From NCBI GenBank assembly GCA_963771175.1, contig CAVYSY010000038.1, positions 224,001-288,000 of the forward strand: a stretch of 64,000 nt of DNA. The letters run 5' to 3'. Positions within the stretch are counted from its first letter, which is position 1, and each line of letters opens with the position of its first letter. A program made the translations under genes and the position numbers. Positions 21,278 through 30,963 of this stretch are shown one piece after another. The stretch is from an uncultured delta proteobacterium (GTDB lineage: Bacteria > Myxococcota > Myxococcia > Myxococcales > Myxococcaceae). The notes under the pieces are model-generated. The model saw nothing but the letters and a program-made list of their open reading frames with translations, had not been told where the DNA came from and ran no database searches.

Positions 21278-22174
21278 ATGTCCGTCGACCTCTCCGCCCT
21301 GTCCCAGTCCCTCGCCTCCATCGTCGAGTGCGTCGCCCCCAGTGTCGTGCGCGTCGAGGCCCGCCGTCGACACGGTGCCACCGGCATCGTCTGGAGCGCC
21401 GAGGGCCACATCGTCACCACCCACCACGCCATCGAGCACGAGGGCTCCATCACCATCGGTCTCGCCGATGGTCGCACCGTCTCCGCCGAGCTCGTCGGGA
21501 GAGATCCATCCACCGACCTCGCGCTCCTCAAGGCCGACGTCCCCGGCCTCACCCCGCTGGCGCCCACGCCGCTCGATGGCGTCAAGGTGGGCCACCTCGT
21601 GCTCGCCCTGGGCCGCCCTGGCCGCACCGCCCGCGCCACGCTCGGCATCGTCAGCGCGTTCGGCGAGAGCTGGCGCACCTTCGCGGGCGGCCGCATCGAC
21701 CGCTACCTGGAGACCGACGCGGACCTGCCTCCGGGCTTCTCCGGCGGCGCGCTCGTGGATGCACAGGGCCGATTCCTCGGCCTGCTCACCGCGGCCCTGT
21801 CCCGCACCGCGGCCGTCATCATTCCCGGAGAGACCATTGGCCGCGTCACCCAGGCGCTCCAGCAGCACGGAGGCATCCGCCGGGGATACCTCGGCGTGGG
21901 AGCGCACCCCGTCCGCCTGCCCCAGGGCCTCTGGGCCCGTGCGGGCAGCGAGGACGGCCTCATGTTCCTCACCGTCGAGCCCGAGGGCCCCGCCGACCGC
22001 GCGGGCCTGATGATCGGCGACGTGCTGGTGAGCCTCGGAGGCCAGCCGCTGCACAGCATCGAGGAGCTGCTCGGCTATCTCGGCGACGAGAAGGTGGGCA
22101 CGCAGGTGCAGGCCCGGGTGCTGCGCGCTGGAGAGGTGCGCGAGTTGCCCCTCACCATTGGCAAGCGGTCGTGA
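21278..22174 (+). CDS. S1C (HtrA-like) serine protease with PDZ domain
   Basis: IVTTHH, DPSTDLAL, PGFSGGAL, C-terminal PDZ. Confidence 0.9.
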   Translation: MSVDLSALSQSLASIVECVAPSVVRVEARRRHGATGIVWSAEGHIVTTHHAIEHEGSITIGLADGRTVSAELVGRDPSTDLALLKADVPGLTPLAPTPLDGVKVGHLVLALGRPGRTARATLGIVSAFGESWRTFAGGRIDRYLETDADLPPGFSGGALVDAQGRFLGLLTAALSRTAAVIIPGETIGRVTQALQQHGGIRRGYLGVGAHPVRLPQGLWARAGSEDGLMFLTVEPEGPADRAGLMIGDVLVSLGGQPLHSIEELLGYLGDEKVGTQVQARVLRAGEVRELPLTIGKRS

Positions 22175-22226
22175 GGTCCAACACCCCGCGCGCAAGAAAC
22201 CCTCGGGGCCTCTATTCTCCGCGTCC

Positions 22227-23183
22227 ATGCGTTTCGCCATCGTGGGCTCCGGGGCTGTCGGCGGCTTCTTCGGCGCGAAGTTGGTGCAGGCGGGCCATGA
22301 GGTCACCTTCCTGGCCCGGGGTGCGCACCTGGAGGCGCTGCGCCAGCGGGGGCTGACCATCAGGAGCCCGGCCGGCGAGGTGCGCGTGCCAGTGCGCGCG
22401 GAGTCCGACGCGGCCCGAGTGGGTCCGGTGGACGTCGTGATGCTGGCGGTGAAGACGTACGACCTCGCGGGGGCCCTGCCGGCGGTGAAGACGCTGGTGA
22501 CCGCCTCCGAGCGCCCGGCCCTTGGCGGGAGCACGGCGGTGGTGCTCACCCTGCAGAACGGCGTGGACAGTCCGGACGAGGTGGCCGCCGCGGTGGGCCG
22601 GGAGGCGGTGCTTGGCGGCTCGGCCTACATCTCCGCGGCCATCGCCGAGCCCGGCGTGCTCACGCAGACGGGGATGCACCAGCGCATCACCTTCGGCGAG
22701 TTCTTCGGGGACACCTCGCGCAGCTCGCCCCGGGTGGCCACGCTGCGCGACGTGCTCGCCGGGGCCGGTATCAACACGGACGCGGTAGCGGATGCCCGCG
22801 TCTCCCTCTGGGACAAGCTCGTCTTCCTGGCGCCCTTCGCCGGGCTGACCGGCACCACCCGGCTGCCCATCGGCGTGCTGCGGACGTGCCCACCGACACT
22901 CGACACATATAAGGAGGCGGCATCCGAGGTCATCCGGGTCGCCGCCGCCGAGGGAGTGACCGTCAACCGCAACCCGGAGACGCTCATGCGGGAGCTGCAG
23001 GGGCTGCCCCCACAGACGCGGGCGTCGCTGCTGGTGGACCTGGAGCAGGGCAAGCGCCTGGAAGTGGAGGCGTTGATGGGCTCGGTGGTGCGCCGGGGCC
23101 GGGCAGCGGGCGTGCCCACTCCAGTGATGGCCACCCTCCATGGCCTGCTCGCGCCTTATACAAATGGGCGACCTCAGGATTGA
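22227..23183 (+). CDS. panE: 2-dehydropantoate 2-reductase family
   Basis: GSGAVGGFFG, AVKTYD, LQNGV, WDKL, SLLVDLEQGKRLEVE. Confidence 0.88.
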   Translation: MRFAIVGSGAVGGFFGAKLVQAGHEVTFLARGAHLEALRQRGLTIRSPAGEVRVPVRAESDAARVGPVDVVMLAVKTYDLAGALPAVKTLVTASERPALGGSTAVVLTLQNGVDSPDEVAAAVGREAVLGGSAYISAAIAEPGVLTQTGMHQRITFGEFFGDTSRSSPRVATLRDVLAGAGINTDAVADARVSLWDKLVFLAPFAGLTGTTRLPIGVLRTCPPTLDTYKEAASEVIRVAAAEGVTVNRNPETLMRELQGLPPQTRASLLVDLEQGKRLEVEALMGSVVRRGRAAGVPTPVMATLHGLLAPYTNGRPQD

Positions 23184-23660
23184 AAGGGTGTCTGGAACCG
23201 GATTTCACCGGGAGCCGTCACGTCCCTCCAGACGGCCCGGGCCTGGAACGGCGACCCACACCCGGTGTATGCATCCGGCCCGCCCGCAGGATGGGTATCG
23301 GGATGGCTCGCGAGCAGCCGTTCCCCCAGCCCAGGCATGAAATCCCGCCCTTGTCTGTGAACGGCTTCACACCGCCTTGGTGAGTCGCTTCACAGCCTCA
23401 CGGGGACGCCCCGGGCTATCACCGTACTTGGGACCGGGGACTCACTACCCGTTGGACCCGAACACCGAGTGAGGGCCGCGCCCGGGGGGGTGTGGCCCAT
23501 GCGCTCGGGTCCAAGGGGCAGGGGCGTCGCGCTGGGGGGCGCGACCCACATCGTCTCAAGGTCCCAGGGAATGGGGGCCGCGCTGGGGGGCGCGGCCTCT
23601 GCCCGTGTTTTCCGGGAGTCGAGGTCCGCCGGGGGGCGGCCTCCTCCCACTGTTGTACCC

Positions 23661-24341
23661 TCAGTCCACGTCACGGCGCAGGCGCGCGGGGTCCACGAGG
23701 GTGATCTGCCCCCCCTCGACCGTCAGCAGCCCCTCGCGCCGGTAGAAGCTCAGCCACTTGTTGGCGCTCTCCCGGGTGACGCCGCACAGGTTGGCCAGCT
23801 CCGCCTGGGTCAGCTTGGGGATGATGACCCCGCCCTCGGCCCCGGGCTGGCCCTGCGTCCGGGCCAGATCCAACAGCACCCGCGCCAGGCGCGCGCGCGC
23901 ATCCAGGAAGGCCGCGTCATGCACGAGCTGGGTGACCCGCCGTACCATGCGGCTGAGCACCGCCAGCAGCGCCATGGCCACCTGGGGGCGCTCGACCAGG
24001 AAGCGCCGGAAGTCCTCCTGGTTGAGCTTCAGCAGCTCCGTCTCGTCGCGCGACACCGCGTCCGCCGAGCGCGGCTCCCCGTCCAGCAGCGCCAGCTCTC
24101 CGAAGGCATCGCCCCGGCCCAGCAGCGCCAGGATGACCTCCCGGCCCTCCGCGGAGCTCAGGCGAATGGCCACCTCGCCCTTGCGGACGATGAAGAGGGC
24201 CGTGCCCACGTCTCCCTCGTGGAAGATGACCTCGCCCTTGCTGTAACGCCGCAGCTGGAGCAACCCCGACAGATGCTCCTGGTCCTCGCTCGCGAGGTGC
24301 TCGAACATCGGGATTTTACGCAGCAGCGGCGCGTACGACAT
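23661..24341 (-). CDS. Crp/Fnr family transcriptional regulator
   Basis: FGELALLDGEPRSA cNMP site; LTQAELANLCGVTRESANK HTH. Confidence 0.92.
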   Translation of the reverse strand: MSYAPLLRKIPMFEHLASEDQEHLSGLLQLRRYSKGEVIFHEGDVGTALFIVRKGEVAIRLSSAEGREVILALLGRGDAFGELALLDGEPRSADAVSRDETELLKLNQEDFRRFLVERPQVAMALLAVLSRMVRRVTQLVHDAAFLDARARLARVLLDLARTQGQPGAEGGVIIPKLTQAELANLCGVTRESANKWLSFYRREGLLTVEGGQITLVDPARLRRDVD

Positions 24342-24596
24342 GCGGGCACCTCGGCGAGCCGGAACGAGATAAACAGGCGAGCACCGGAAGTCTCCACTTC
24401 CTCGGCCCGGGCGCCAACCTAATCGGATCCTCCCCCGACTCCAATGATCCGTCTCCTACACTCCCCATCCCACCCCACCCGGACCCGCCGTTGCATTGAC
24501 CCCTCCCCCCGATTGCGAAATGATGCGTCCAGGGTGTAACGCCGAGTCCGGCACGCGTGGATTCCCTGGCCGTGTTCCTCGGAGCCCATCGAGCGC

Positions 24597-25139
24597 ATGA
24601 CCGCAGAGCCTCGCCCATCACCCCCGGTGCCGACCCTCCAGTGCCCCCGCTGCAAGGCGACGCTGCCGCCCGTGTCCCTGGGCAGTCAGATCGTCCGCTG
24701 CGGGAGCTGTGGGGCCGCCATGGAGGTGAGGGTGCGCACGGCGCAGCAGGCGGCGAGCGAGGGGCCCACCACGGCCTACATCCCCCCTCCCGCCCCGCTC
24801 GAGGGGATGGCACGGCCTCGCCGCCGGCCCATGGTGGAGGTCTCCGGCCCGAGGCGCGCCGCGGTCGAGCCCGTCTCCACCCTCACGGTGGACATCCCCG
24901 TGGAGCCCGAGCCCGCTCTGGCCTCCACCCCGCCGCCCTCGCCCGCCAGCATCGACGTGCCCTGGTTCGCCGAGGACATCGAGCGACTGCCGGAGGCCGA
25001 CGTGGACCTCGGGCAGCTCGCGCTGGAGTCCTTCGAGTCCCTGCCCCCACTGGCGCTGCGGCCCGACCTGTCGTCGGCCTCCCGCGCGGCCGGAGCGGCT
25101 CCGTCGCGCCCCCCTGGTTCCCAGTTGCCGGGTAAATGA
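24597..25139 (+). CDS. Zinc-ribbon protein
   Basis: CPRC...CGSC at the N-terminus, Pro-rich tail. Confidence 0.65.
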   Translation: MTAEPRPSPPVPTLQCPRCKATLPPVSLGSQIVRCGSCGAAMEVRVRTAQQAASEGPTTAYIPPPAPLEGMARPRRRPMVEVSGPRRAAVEPVSTLTVDIPVEPEPALASTPPPSPASIDVPWFAEDIERLPEADVDLGQLALESFESLPPLALRPDLSSASRAAGAAPSRPPGSQLPGK

Positions 25140-25269
25140 CAGAATCCACCAGGCTGGTGTGTTGACGGCCAGGCCCCAACCCCCTGAAGCCCGCCACGAG
25201 AGGGTGGGGTATCATGGCGGGGACGCGCGGTTGGAGGACGGCCGGCATCGAGGAGGGAGTGGAGGAAGC

Positions 25270-26418
25270 GTGATGAGGAACGCAACCAGCATGGAGTCAG
25301 CGTCGGGCTCCTCGGCGAACCTCCAGGAGCTCCGCCAGGGTTGTATCGAGCTGGGGCGCCAGGTCGAGGGCCTCGCCGAGCTGGTGCTGCCCCTGCTGCG
25401 ACAGGCGACCCAGGAGCTCGGCCGGCTGGAGGCGCAGCGCGAGGAGCTCCGCAAGACGGGAGCCCGCGAGGCGCAGCAGACCGTCCTGCCCAAGCTGAAC
25501 GAGCGCATCGAGGAGCAGGCCCAGGGCATCAAGCGCCTGGAGCGGACCAGCCGGGGCCTCAAGGAGCTCCTCACGGGGCTCGGGGGCCTGGGCGAGCAGA
25601 TGCAGAGCGGGCTCGCGCGGCGCGACGAGGCCTGGCGCGAGCAGGAGGCCATCGTCCGCGAGGAGAAGCGGATGTGGCTCCAGGAGCTCACCGCCCTGCG
25701 TGAGCAGGTGCGGAGCCAGGGCACCCCCGCGAGCCCCTCGCCCGTCCAGCACGAGGAGCTGCCGCGGCTGCGCGCCGAGAAGGAGCGGCTCACCCAGCGC
25801 GTGGCCGAGCTCGAGAAGAGCCTCGCCGCCCGGGAGCAGACGCTCACGGCCAAGGAGCAGACCATCGAGGACCTGCGCAGGATGATCGTCCTGCTCACGG
25901 GGGACGCGGCCTCCTCGGCCGCGCCCAAGGCCGAGACGAAGCCGCTGCCGCCGCCGCCCGTCAACGTCGTCCCGCTCACCACCAAGGCCCCACCGAAGCC
26001 CAAGCCGCCCGACACGATGTTCGGCAACAGCACGATGCAGCTCGCCACCAGCATGCTGGAGACGCTCGGCGCGGACGTCCCTCCGCCTCCGCTGCCCGAG
26101 CCGCCCGTGGCGCTCGGGCCCAAGGTGCCGAGCATGGAGATCATGCTCGGCCCGCTCGACGAGCTGGAGCCACCGCCGCCGTCGCTGCCTCCCCCCGTAC
26201 CCGTCGCGCCGCCCGTCCCCATCATCCCCGCCATGCCCCCCGTGCCCTCCATGCCCCGCGCCAGCGCGAGGACCGCGGCACCGGCCAAGACACCCGCGCC
26301 CCTCCCCGGCCTCGCGCCCAAGGTGGTGGGCCGTCCCGGCACGCTCGTCGTCAGCGAGGACATGTTCAACGAGATGCTCGTCGAGGAGAGCACCCGGGGC
26401 GGCTCCGGTAGGAAATGA
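25270..26418 (+). CDS. Coiled-coil, Pro-rich hypothetical protein
   Basis: Heptad-rich N-terminal half; stop overlaps the kinase start (ATGA). Confidence 0.7.
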   Translation: MMRNATSMESASGSSANLQELRQGCIELGRQVEGLAELVLPLLRQATQELGRLEAQREELRKTGAREAQQTVLPKLNERIEEQAQGIKRLERTSRGLKELLTGLGGLGEQMQSGLARRDEAWREQEAIVREEKRMWLQELTALREQVRSQGTPASPSPVQHEELPRLRAEKERLTQRVAELEKSLAAREQTLTAKEQTIEDLRRMIVLLTGDAASSAAPKAETKPLPPPPVNVVPLTTKAPPKPKPPDTMFGNSTMQLATSMLETLGADVPPPPLPEPPVALGPKVPSMEIMLGPLDELEPPPPSLPPPVPVAPPVPIIPAMPPVPSMPRASARTAAPAKTPAPLPGLAPKVVGRPGTLVVSEDMFNEMLVEESTRGGSGRK

Positions 26419-28379
26419 GCACGACGGACGGCGACAGCTCCCTGCCGGCCCGCTTCGGCCGCTACGTGCTGCTCAGTCACCTGGGCCGCGGCGGCATGGC
26501 GGACATCTACCGGGCCCTGGCGCTCGGCGCCGGCGGCTTCGCCAAGCAGGTGGTCGTCAAGCGCGTGCTGCCGGAGGCCACCCGGCAGGAGTCGACGGTG
26601 AAGATGTTCATCGAGGAGGCGCGGCTCTCGGGCCAGCTCCAGCACATGAACATCGCGCAAATCTTCGACTTCGGAGAGCACCGGGGCGAGTACTTCATCG
26701 CCATGGAGTTCATCCATGGGCGCGACCTGCATGACCTGATGCGGCGCGTGGCGGCGAGGGGGCAGGGCATCCCCGTGCACATCGCCTGCTACATCACCCA
26801 GGAGGTGCTCAAGGGGCTGGACTACGCGCACCGGGCGCGCTCGGCGGCGGGCGAGCCGCTCCACCTCGTGCACCGCGACGTCAACCCCACCAACATCATC
26901 CTCTCCTTCGAGGGAGAGGTGAAGCTGCTGGACTTCGGCGTGGCGCTCGTGGGCGAGGGCAACAACGACATCGCCATCAACGTGCGGGGCAAGCCGGGCT
27001 ACATCCCTCCCGAGCAGCTCAACCGGAAGAAGCCGGACGCGCGCGGCGACATCTTCGCCCTGGGCATCACCCTCTACGAGCTGCTCGCCCGGCGGCCCGC
27101 CTTCAAGCCCGGCCCGGTGATGGACGTGCTCAAGCAGACGCTGACGCTCAAGGTCCGCCCGCTGCGGCTCCAGGACGCGTCCCCCTTCCTGCCCGAGCCC
27201 CTGTGCGCCATCGTCAACCGCTGCATGCTGGCCAACCCGGAGGAGCGCTTCCAGTCGGCCGCCGACGTGCTCGACGCCCTGGACGAGTTCCTCCTGTCCG
27301 CCGGCCTGCGCGTGTCCCAGCGCGACCTCGCCGCGCTGATGGCCACCTGCTACGAGCCGGAGGTGCGCACCCCGCCGGTGCTGCCCCCCATCTCCGAGGC
27401 GCTGCTGGCGCAGGAGGCGCCCCCAGCCCCGGCCCCGGTCACTCTCCCCATCTACGCGGTGCGCGAGCCGGATGGGCGCTCGCTCGCGAAGCTGGGCGAG
27501 GAGGACGTGCAGCTCCTCTTCGCCTCGGGGAAGCTGTCGCCGGAGGCGCAGGTGTCCCAGGCCGGCGGACCCTTCCTGCCGCCCTCGGCCTTCCCCCGCC
27601 TCAGCTCCGTGGCGGCCGCGGCCCGCGAGCGCCTCGAGGCCCGGCGCGCCAAGGCGCCCCCGCCGCGCTATGCCGGGGACCTCGGACAGGTGCCCGCCCT
27701 GCGGGTCATCTCGCGGCTGCTGCTGGCCAAGGCCACCGGCCGGCTCCACTTCGAGAACAACCGCGCCCACAAGGAGCTCTTCCTCAAGGCGGGTCAAATC
27801 ATCGCGGTGCGCTCCAACGTGGCCGCGGACCGCTTCGGCCCCTTCCTGCTGAGCACCGGCAAGCTGGCGCCGGAGCTGTGGTTCCGCGCGGTGGAGCGCA
27901 CCCGCCCCTTCTCCGGCCGGCTGCTGGATGCGCTGCTGGCCTCGCGGGCCCTCTCCCCGGCGGAGCTGGCCGAGTGGTCCCGCGACCACCGGCGCACGGT
28001 GGCGCTCGGCCTGCTCGGCTGGACGCGGGGCCGTTATGCCTTCTTCGAGCGCGAGCAGCCCGTCATCGACAGCACCGAGGAGAAGCTCGGCGGCCTGGCG
28101 CTGCTCAACGAGGGCCTGCGCGCGCACTACCCGCTGGAGCGGCTGGTGCGTGAGCAGGAGCCGCTGCGCAACAAGCCCCTCTACCGCAACCTGGACGCCC
28201 CCGTGGCCGCCAGCGACCTGGCACTCTCGGCGTCCGAGCTGCGCGCCGCCTCTCTCCTCGGCAAGCCGGGAAATACCCTGTCCGGCGCCCTTGCGGAACT
28301 CAAGCGGCCGGAGGATGAAGTAGCGTTGCGCCGGGTGGCGCTGCTCTTCACGGAGATAGGGCTCCTGGCGGCGGCCTGA
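26415..28379 (+). CDS. Ser/Thr protein kinase with C-terminal DUF4388-like domain
   Basis: LGRGGMA, VVVKR, HRDVNPTN, DFGVA, GKPGYIPPEQ; TGRLHF...KELFLKAGQII. Confidence 0.9.
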   Translation: MSTTDGDSSLPARFGRYVLLSHLGRGGMADIYRALALGAGGFAKQVVVKRVLPEATRQESTVKMFIEEARLSGQLQHMNIAQIFDFGEHRGEYFIAMEFIHGRDLHDLMRRVAARGQGIPVHIACYITQEVLKGLDYAHRARSAAGEPLHLVHRDVNPTNIILSFEGEVKLLDFGVALVGEGNNDIAINVRGKPGYIPPEQLNRKKPDARGDIFALGITLYELLARRPAFKPGPVMDVLKQTLTLKVRPLRLQDASPFLPEPLCAIVNRCMLANPEERFQSAADVLDALDEFLLSAGLRVSQRDLAALMATCYEPEVRTPPVLPPISEALLAQEAPPAPAPVTLPIYAVREPDGRSLAKLGEEDVQLLFASGKLSPEAQVSQAGGPFLPPSAFPRLSSVAAAARERLEARRAKAPPPRYAGDLGQVPALRVISRLLLAKATGRLHFENNRAHKELFLKAGQIIAVRSNVAADRFGPFLLSTGKLAPELWFRAVERTRPFSGRLLDALLASRALSPAELAEWSRDHRRTVALGLLGWTRGRYAFFEREQPVIDSTEEKLGGLALLNEGLRAHYPLERLVREQEPLRNKPLYRNLDAPVAASDLALSASELRAASLLGKPGNTLSGALAELKRPEDEVALRRVALLFTEIGLLAAA

Positions 28380-28405
28380 GCGGCACGCCAGGAGGGACGG
28401 GGTGT

Positions 28406-29938
28406 ATGGGAATCGTTCTCGGAATCGACCTGGGCACGACCAATAGCTGCATGGCCGTGGTCGACCCGGCCACCGGACAGGCCCGCGTGTTGCCCAACCG
28501 CGAGGGCGAGCGCACCACTCCGTCCGTCGTCGGCTTCGACCCCTCGGGCAAGGTGACGGTGGGCAGCCCCGCGCGCCGCCAGGGCGCCCTCCACCCCCGC
28601 AGCACCCTCTTCGGGGTGAAGCGCCTCATCGGCCGGCGCTTCTCGGACCCGGCGGTGCGCAAGCTGATGAGGCTGCTGCCCTACGAGGTGGTGGCGGACC
28701 CCGCCGGCAACGCCGCGGTGCGCGTCCACGGCCAGGTGCTGAGCCCGGCCGACGTGGCCAGCCACGTGCTGCGCTACCTCAAGGAGAGCGCCGAGGCCCG
28801 CCTGGGAGAGCCGGTGGACGGCGCCGTCATCACCGTGCCCGCCTACTTCGACGAGGTGCAGCGCCAGGAGACGAAGAACGCCGGCCTGCGCGCCGGGCTG
28901 ACGGTGCACCGGCTCCTCAACGAGCCCACCGCCGCCATGCTCGCCTGCCGCTTCGACGAGTCGCAGCCGGAGAACATCGCCGTCTTCGACCTGGGCGGCG
29001 GCACCTTCGACATCTCCCTGCTGCACGTGGAGGAGGAAGTGGTGCAGGTGCTGGCCACCTGCGGTGACAACTTCCTGGGCGGCGACAACTTCGACGAGCT
29101 CGTGGTGGATGCGCTGCACCGCATCTTCCTCAAGCAGACCGGGGTGGACCTGGCCGGAGACCCCGCGGCCCTCTGGCGCTTGAAGGAAGCGGCGGAGAAC
29201 ACCAAGCGCGCCCTCTCCGAGGTGGAGCTGACGGCGGTGGACCTGCCCTTCGTCGCCACCGGCCCCGAGGGCCCGCTGCACCTGTCCATCCCCTCCTTCC
29301 CGCGCACGCTCTTCGAGAACCTCGTGGCCCGGGAGCTGGAGCGGCTGCGCACCCCCTGCGAGCAGGCCCTCCAGGACGCGGACCTCCAGCACCGGGACAT
29401 CCACCGCGTCCTCCTCGTGGGCGGCATGTCGCGCATGCCCGCGGTGCGCGCGCGCGCCGAGCAGTACCTCGGCCGGCCCGGGGAGCGCTCCGTCAACCCC
29501 GACGAGGCCGTGGCCCTCGGCGCCGCCCTCGAGGCGGACATCATCGCCGGCACCTCGCCGGAGCTGCCGCGGGTGCTGCTGCTGGACGTGCTCTCGCGCA
29601 GCCTGGGCGTGCGCACCGAGGGCGGCCGCTTCAGCGTCCTCATCCCCCGCAACACCACCATCCCCGCGCGCGAGACGAAGGTGTTCGCCACCACCTTCGA
29701 CCACCAGACCCACGTGGACATCGAGGTGTACCAGGGCGAGGCTTCCACCGTGGACGGCAACCGCTACCTCGGGGAGCTGCGACTGGCGGGGCTCCCCGCC
29801 GCGCCGGGTGGCAGGGTGCGCGTGGAGGTGGACTTCACCATCGACGCGGATGGCATCCTCCAGGTCACCGCGCGCGAGCCCGCCACCGGGCGCAAGGCCG
29901 AGGCCCGGATGCACCCGCCCACCGCCAGCTCGCCCTGA
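28406..29938 (+). CDS. Hsp70 (DnaK-like) paralog without C-terminal lid
   Basis: GIDLGTTNS, ITVPAYF, NEPTAA, DLGGGTFD, linker VLLLDV; ends at 510 aa after the beta substrate-binding domain. Confidence 0.92.
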   Translation: MGIVLGIDLGTTNSCMAVVDPATGQARVLPNREGERTTPSVVGFDPSGKVTVGSPARRQGALHPRSTLFGVKRLIGRRFSDPAVRKLMRLLPYEVVADPAGNAAVRVHGQVLSPADVASHVLRYLKESAEARLGEPVDGAVITVPAYFDEVQRQETKNAGLRAGLTVHRLLNEPTAAMLACRFDESQPENIAVFDLGGGTFDISLLHVEEEVVQVLATCGDNFLGGDNFDELVVDALHRIFLKQTGVDLAGDPAALWRLKEAAENTKRALSEVELTAVDLPFVATGPEGPLHLSIPSFPRTLFENLVARELERLRTPCEQALQDADLQHRDIHRVLLVGGMSRMPAVRARAEQYLGRPGERSVNPDEAVALGAALEADIIAGTSPELPRVLLLDVLSRSLGVRTEGGRFSVLIPRNTTIPARETKVFATTFDHQTHVDIEVYQGEASTVDGNRYLGELRLAGLPAAPGGRVRVEVDFTIDADGILQVTAREPATGRKAEARMHPPTASSP

Positions 29939-29950
29939 GAGGGAGACCCC

Positions 29951-30568
29951 ATGTCCCTGGACTCGCCCTTCCACGGCAAGAACCCCTTCGAGGTGCTCGG
30001 ACTCCAGGGCACCGAGGACGTGCCCGCCATCCGCAAGGCCTTCCTGCGCATCGCCGCGCAGTCCCACCCGGACCGGCTCCGGATGAAGTCCGAGGAGGAG
30101 AAGGCCCAGGCGCTGGAGACCTTCCTGCTCGCCAAGAAGGCCTTCGAGGTGCTCTCCCTGCCGGACAAGCGGCGCGAGTGGAGCGAGCGGCTGGTGATGC
30201 CGCCCCGCACGCCCCCCGCTCCGGTGCAGCCCCCTCCCGAGGCGAAGGCCCCGCCCCCCCCGCGCAGTGGCCCCCTGCCCGCCGCCGCCGCGCTCCAGCT
30301 CTACAAGCTGGGCATGCTGGCCATGGAGTCCTCGGACTACGCGAAGGCGCTCGACCTGTTCTCCAAGGCCGCGAAGCTGGCTCCCACGCCTCGCCACCAG
30401 GCCATGGAGCTGGTGGGCCGCGGGCACCAGTACCTCAGCACCCGCTTCCTCGACCGCGCGCGCGAGAGCTTCGAGCGCGCCCTCCAGCTCCAGCCGGACT
30501 GCCGCGAGGCCCGCGCGGGCCTCGACGTGCTCGACAAACAGGCGGGCCGATTGTTCAAGGGGCGCTAG
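29951..30568 (+). CDS. J-domain plus TPR protein
   Basis: NPFEVLGL...HPD motif; TPR-like C-terminus. Confidence 0.88.
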   Translation: MSLDSPFHGKNPFEVLGLQGTEDVPAIRKAFLRIAAQSHPDRLRMKSEEEKAQALETFLLAKKAFEVLSLPDKRREWSERLVMPPRTPPAPVQPPPEAKAPPPPRSGPLPAAAALQLYKLGMLAMESSDYAKALDLFSKAAKLAPTPRHQAMELVGRGHQYLSTRFLDRARESFERALQLQPDCREARAGLDVLDKQAGRLFKGR

Positions 30569-30963
30569 CGCCCCGCCCCCTCCTCGGGTGCGACTCCTTG
30601 AAGACCTCGGACAGCCGCGGCGGCACCTGACGCACCGCGTCACGCATGACGAGGGCGGCAGGTCACCCCTACCGGCCGGGTCACTTATGTGAACTCAAGG
30701 TGAAAATGGGGCCCCCAGTTGGAAAGGACCCTCAAATGTTGATAAACGGCCGCTCCGGCAGTGACCGCCGTTCGCCTGGCAACGTCCGTCGCGTCGCGAG
30801 CCAACCCCCTACTCTCCCCAGGGAGGCCCTCGTGAATGCAGACGAAGCAGAAGTGGGTCCCCCCAGGGAGCTGCAGTCCGCACACGACGGCTCCGCTTCG
30901 AATCCGCCGGTCCGCATCACCGCCAACGGGTTCCTGCTCACCCTCCAGGTCTTGCGAGGTTCC

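Noticed and set aside
25212..30643. Very long minus-strand ORFs (971 and 820 aa) and similar shadows elsewhere
   Set aside because: Antisense to well-supported genes; long open shadow frames are expected at this GC content
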